Source: Marsupella aquatica
Taxonomy: Eukaryota > Plantae > Marchantiophyta
Reading direction: 5' to 3'
NCBI GenBank assembly: GCA_973895155.1
Contig: OZ316893.1
Coordinates: 16,584,645-16,648,644, forward strand
DNA: 64,000 bases
A model generated the notes under the pieces. It had not been told where the DNA came from. It saw only the letters and a list, made by a program, of their open reading frames with translations, and ran no database searches. The translations under genes and the position numbers were made by a program. Positions 58,200 through 64,000 of the stretch are shown here, piece by piece (position 1 is the first letter of the stretch; each line of letters opens with the position of its first letter).

Positions 58200-59712
58200 T
58201 GTCGCGTGGACTAAATGCAAGGGTCACCTCGGGAAAACGGACTATTTCTGGCTGCGATCCAGATGAGTGACAAACACAATTCGAGGCCCAAACTCAAACA
58301 CTTTACTTTCTGGAAATCTTGTTATCAATATAGTGGGTGCCATTGGGCGGGTCACTCATGGAAGTCTGATCTCTAACCCTTTGGCGGGCTACTATCTATC
58401 TTCCATCGGGCTATCGTCCACTCAAAGGCTATCAAGTCGGAAAATCCACGAAATCCAATTACTCAAGTGCTCAAGCTCATAACTCAGAATCTCTAGCCGC
58501 ATCGTCAATGATCCAACACTCAGGTTTGCTGGTCCACAATCGATAGCACCCCAATCTTCAATCCAAATCACCATAAACGATCGACTCCCCTGGACTAAGC
58601 TGAAGCCCAGCCCTCAAATACGCCTCAGAAGCAGCATCCCCACCCAACGAGTCACCGCCAGGCGGGTTCAAAACTCAACAGCCAGACTCTTGGTCTCTAG
58701 AAGACGAACCAACAGCCCTTCGCATTCCAATCGCAACCAACTCCCAACTCCTTAGCTTCCGCATGCCCAAAACTCATCAGAAACAAAACACCAATCGTCA
58801 CTCAGAGTCGAGCTTGAAGTCGAAATGATTCGACTCCAAACCATTTGCAGCTCACAAAAAATGGAACGCCAATCGACTCTTGGAGTCGAGCTTGAAGTCA
58901 AAACGATTCGACTCCAACCATTCGCGGCTCACAGAAAATGGAACACCAACCGACTTCCTCATTCCTGGTCGCAGCACAGAAATGATTCATCACGACATTC
59001 TCCTCCAATAAACCTGAGCAGCCTCCGGTCTGCTCCACTTTAATAAAAATTGTCTAAGTCTGAACCAGAATCGGAACTCGAACTTATCCCATGCGCGTGG
59101 ACCACTTCTCCTTCAAGAAATCCAAAATCCAAGTACTCAGAATCTGCTTCAGTTTCCCTCTTTCTTCCTTTAGAACTTAAACCTTTCGAACCTGTCTGAA
59201 CTCCCTTCTCTTTGCCCAAATCCGAGTCTAAGTCCTTTGAATGCGCCTGGACCAGCGCCTCATCTTCGTTTTCACTCAAGTTGGAACTTGAGTCCATTCC
59301 TTTATCAGTTCTCCTCTTAAAGACTTTCACTCTTTCCCCTGCATAAGGTACTTGGTGAATAGTCCCATCCAACTCTCGAATTGTATAGGTAGCATTTGGG
59401 TGAACTGTCACCACCACATATGGACCTTGCCACCTTCAAGCAAACTTGTTTTGGCTCAAGTGTTGCTCGTCCAACTTGCTCTCGTAAATCAAAACCCAAT
59501 CTCCTTCCTTAACCAAAATTGGCCTCAAACGATGAGTTCGATCGAACCTTGCCTTGTTCCTTAGCCGTGCCATTTTCAATTGTTTCCGAGCCACTTTGAT
59601 CTTTGTAGGTAACATCCCAAAATGTTTGATCCTTCGAGCTAGCAACTCTTCTCTCGAAACTTTGTCTTTCCAACCAATCAATCTCCAACTACAAATGTCC
59701 TCCTCAAGAGGC
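58200..59712 (-). mobile_element. Element C: 3' end of another gypsy element (LTR 58200-58997, PPT 58998-59006, integrase tail), interrupted by D
   Basis: tgtcgcg...cacgaca inverted termini; minus-strand GGAGGAGAA next to the LTR; starts exactly where similarity between the B LTRs stops. Confidence 0.75.
59040..59712 (-). pseudogene. pol: Integrase C-terminus of element C
   Basis: PLEE..W, KARFDRTHRLRP..EGDWVLIY..KFA*RWQGPY..NATYTIRELDG..GERVKVF. Confidence 0.85.
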
Positions 59713-62700
59713 TGTAAGTAGTGAGTAATTCCAAAAGTATAAAGAAACTGGGAATTTTTAAAAAAAATTGAGGTATTTAAACTATGTTTACTGCTAACCG
59801 TAGAGTAAACTGCATTCCGACTAAACTCTGACAATTTACAAGTCGCTAAGTAAACTTCTTATGAGTTGACTAGTTTACTGATTACGGGTTTACGAGTTGA
59901 GTCTGATTACGGGTTTACGGGTTTACGAGTATCGACCACGAGTGTAATTACTGGATTACGGGCTTACGAGTTGATGACTTACGAGTTAAGGGTTACGAGT
60001 TTGCGGTGTGCGGAGGAGCCTTACGATCGCGATGTCTTACGGCTATCTCAACGGACCTTTCTACGGGTTGGGAGTATGCGATGAGAGCAGCTGAAGCGCA
60101 ATAGAGAAACGCGCCTTGTTAAGATCTCTTCTGCCTCTATCTTATTCCACGATCTTAGTAGCAACTCGAGCAGCAAGAACATCCGGAGAACCAGCTATGG
60201 TAGACCTCGGAGCTGATGAGCAGTACCGCGTTGAATCCCTGGTGTTTCCCAAGGCAATGTTGGTCCGAATCCCACAGGCGCCCGATAGCTACGCCAATTT
60301 AAGGATGACGCTACAACAGCTGGGGTTAGAACTCCTCTTGCATATACCATGGAATGTGGAGTTAGACACATACTTGCAAGATTTTGTCAAAGGCACTACT
60401 ATTTCCCCTGAATTCCATCAAACAATCCGAGCTCGACCAAGTCTGTGGACAGTAGAACAGATTTCTTTTGCCTTTGGTTGCTCATCAGAAGGATCGGCAT
60501 TGTATTCCAAGAAGAAGGACTTGTCATCTCCTTACTTCTCTGGAATCAGAAACCTCGCAAATGGATGGAATCTGACTCAGTGCAATTACCATGATCTGAG
60601 AATTCTTTTGGAATTTCTAGTACCCATTCTCCATTCGAAAAAGCCAACTATCTGCCCTGTGTCCTTGGCTAACACTATTGTAGCTGCTCACAGTGGAGTT
60701 ATAAAAGTAAATTGGGCCCTACTTTTATTTAACGTTATGAAAGATCAAGTGAGGAGCTTGAAAGCAGGGAGGACTACTTACTTACAACATTATCTCTCTC
60801 AACTCTATTATACCTATGACTGTTTACATTTCGAGGAGAGAACAGAAAGGGGATTACTTCTGATCGAGATGGGCATTGAGGAAGAAATCGATGTGGAAGA
60901 ACCAGTGGATGCCATTTCCCTGAAATCCAATAATGAGGATATTGATATGGATATAGAAAATGTATCTGTAGGAGATCTTGAAGCTTTGCCTGAACACAAC
61001 TTGGAGTTAGTCCAACACCCTCTGAATAACCAAGTGTACTCACGAGAAGTCAGCATGGGAGAACAACCTGCAGCTGAAGAAGATGAAGAGGATGAAGACC
61101 TCTTTGAGCAACAAGAGCATATTGCGAAACCAACAATTGCTGTCATCCTAAGGACCAACTCGCCCACTCCTTCGAAAGCGGAATCAAATCAACAACTTAT
61201 TGATAAGTTGATATCTCTTCTCAATTGCAGTGATGATGGACTCTATGATGTTGTTAATGATTTAAGAATGGAAGCTGTCAGCTTGAAGTCACCATTCCCT
61301 GACCAATTAAGCCCTATCAGGATGATCTCCCCCCCAGGAGAATCAACACCAATGGAATATGTGACTCTCACCCTTGCTACTCAACAGGTCCCTCTTCTAA
61401 AATCAAGTGACCTTGTTCCAGTGACAGAAGGTATCAGTTGTGCAGCTATCGTAGATGATCTACTAGAGATACTACAGTGTGAACCTCGACAGATAACATC
61501 TGTGGTCAGCAACTTAGTGTAGCAATGTCCAACTGCTACACCTTCTCTTAGTCCAAGTTCCCACCCTTATAGTCCTGATTCCAACTACAAACCCACAGAA
61601 GGACCGCTCTACAATCAGCCACAATATGAGCATCCTTACGTTCGAGAGGATCTACCTGAAGATTCTGATCCACCCTCTGATTTTAATTCCATTCGATCTT
61701 ATGATAACTCCTTAACACCGTCACCAAGGCAGGGATTTGAAGATGTTGATACTGCCTTAAGATCCAATCCAAACTTAGTAGCAGTTATCACCTCGTCTAC
61801 TCAGACCCCCCGGAATGCTGTTATCGAGAACAAATACCCGAGACCCCCCAAATTCCAAGTACGCAGGTATGTGGAGACCTGTAAGATTATGCAGGCCAAC
61901 AGACCACCGATTGGAGAGTGCTAGAGATATCATTATATCAAGAAGATGGAGGCCAGTTATATCTTCGACCTCAGGTGTTTTGGGACTTCCAGGGTGGAGA
62001 TGGCACAATTTGATGAGATCTGGACTGACTCTCTCTACTTCCGACCTACTCTTGCTATGATGCTACTTCAAGGTGATGTAGAGATAGAGGATCCAGATTT
62101 GGTTTTGGCATACTTCGGAAACTTTGCAGCCTATGCCCTGGATTTTGTGGTTTCTTTCCTGATGCAGAGTAAGAAGTCTACTGCTCTACAACATGATTAC
62201 ATTCCTCAAGAGCCCAAAGTTACCCTTGTTTCAACCAGTTCATTGGCTGAGAAACAGAGGATTTGGAATAATGTCACCACTCAGACCTTGACACACTTCA
62301 ACTGGTACTTCAGAGATGTCAGATGGAGACTTTGACCTTTCTATTCTAGGATGATGAATAGTGATGAGTTCCTGTATCATTATCCCCAAGTATATGCTGC
62401 TACCTGCAACAACTATGATGTGATCGGAATGTACAGAGAAGCTCTTCGTATAGATTCATGTTATTTGATGAAGAGAATGCCTTTGATGTATCCTGAGAGA
62501 CAACTGAGATGCCTACCTTACTCCAGAGGATCCCCACGCCAAGCTGAGCTGATAGAGGTTACCCAGAATCAAACTATTACCCTTGTGGAGCTACTCGAAC
62601 CAGAGGACATCCGACAGCAAGCTTGAAGAAGTCTTTAAGTGTTTTTAGTTAGTTTTTAGAGTAGTGCATCTCATCTGATTTTTATAAAAGCGTTCTAGAG

Positions 62701-63888
62701 CTTTGGAAGCTGTCATACTTCTTTAGTGTATAGTCTGTACCTAGGAAAACCTCCTGGCAAAATCTCAGAGTTTTCTAACTTATAGTTAGGAAGTTTAAAA
62801 TAGTTGAATTCATCAAGTCTTTACTTTACCGCGATTACGAGTTACGACTTAGTTAGACTTTTACGAGTTTAAGAGTTTACTAGTTCACAGCTTTTACTAG
62901 TTTAAGAGTTACTAGTTTACGATTACGAGTTCCGACAGATTTCCGATTATGAGTTTAATACTTTACGAGTTCAGACTTAGTCATTTTTCTGACTTTTCAC
63001 TCGCAGTTTTGTAGTTTTAAAATTTTGAGAGGTATGAAGAGGCATGTCTCTTCGACCCTGTGACCTCTCACTCAGTAGATTTTGACTATAAGATAGCTCT
63101 ACCATGAGTGTAGATGATGGTAAAATTTAGCAATTTTTGCCTTTCCTTGGTGTTCTGCCAGTTGATCATGAATGTTAAGAGTTCAAGATCAAGCTTGACA
63201 CCAGGAGAAGACTTTCCTCCTTCTTGTGGTTTAATCCTTTGAATAAATCATGGGAAGTAAAATCCCTTTTGTGTAAATCTTATGAGATATGATGACAGAT
63301 TCCTCTTTGGTGACTCATTACAATCTCCTGAGTTCTTAAAGTTAACTCATTGAGTTTAAGTCTTATTTGAAATTGATGGATTTTCTTTCATGTTGCTTAG
63401 TACCATCTAAATGTTGAAGTAGCTACCTTTTAGATCTTATCTAAGTATCACTTAGAAAGAAAGGATAAGACATGTTGACGGCATTTTAAAGGAGTACTCT
63501 AGTAAGCAATTTAGATCTGAAAAGCAATATGGATTTGTATCCTTAAGTCTTTTCATTTTGACTTATGTCTAAGGAGTAACCTTGGAAAATTCCAGACTCC
63601 CTTAGCATACTTTTAGATATTTTTCCTTGTGTTTTGTTAATCATTCCCTTTTCATTAATTTATGGTTACATGATGCTGAGTTGTCATTGAAAACCACTCA
63701 CCGTTGTGGAGCGACCTTCAAAATACCTTATTAAAGTAATCAATTCTGATTACTATGTGTTAAAGAGAGTTCTTAAACTCTCATTTGTGTTTTTATGTAT
63801 CAAATCAACCCCATCTTGTTCTTTACGGGAACGAATACCGAGTTTGAAGACCTTTAAGTGTGTTTTTGGTTCTTCATAACAAACTACA
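59713..63888 (+). mobile_element. Element D: inferred ~4.2-kb 5' LTR with internal ORF; element continues beyond window
   Basis: TGTA at 59713 exactly where the integrase frame of C breaks; ..CTACA at 63888 followed by a PBS. Second LTR not visible; an end at 63881 is an alternative. Confidence 0.65.
60197..62626 (+). pseudogene. LTR-embedded ORF of element D (open 60197-61522, probably continuing through stops to ~62626)
   Basis: LQQLGLELLLHIPW, ISFAFG, NGWNLTQC, VNWALLLF, YLSQLY, then an acidic/Pro-rich region; the frame continues after the TAG at 61520. Confidence 0.65.
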
Positions 63889-63897
63889 TGAGATTTT

Positions 63898-63915
63898 TGG
63901 CGCCGCTGCCGGGGA
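63898..63915 (+). promoter_or_regulatory. Primer binding site of element D (tRNA-Asp type)
   Basis: TGGCGCCGCTGCCGGGGA, identical to the PBS of element A. Confidence 0.85.
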
Positions 63916-64000
63916 ACAAATCAAGGTTGATTTGAAGTACAGGCAGGGAATGCCAAATGAAGGATTGAATTTGTTAGGTTTTGGAACAAAACACATTGAT

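Overview
Eukaryotic (land-plant-like) heterochromatic DNA made almost entirely of nested transposons; no intact host gene is recognisable. Main parts: (1) a young Ty3/gypsy non-chromovirus element A (6271-21093, minus strand, TSD GTCAG). Its ~4.1-kb LTRs each carry an intact 618-aa ORF, and its gag-pol has a single in-frame stop in RT. (2) An older related element B (30117 to >58199, plus strand). Its gag is interrupted by a structurally complete 16.4-kb CACTA/En-Spm transposon (35786-52154, TSD TAG). (3) That CACTA carries an open TnpD, a multi-exon TnpA and three cargo genes: an EDM2-like composite PHD finger, a tandem BRCT protein and an F-box-like protein. (4) Further nested gypsy pieces C, D and E; D and E also appear to have giant ORF-bearing LTRs. 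(5) A spliced beta-class N4/N6 DNA-methyltransferase-like pseudogene. (6) Two related MITEs, plus CACTA and gag remnants. The best candidates for new biology are the chromatin-reader/BRCT/F-box cassette in the CACTA, the recurrent gene-in-LTR architecture with displaced PBS, and the bacterial-type MTase fold. All protein assignments are by motif recognition, not database search.
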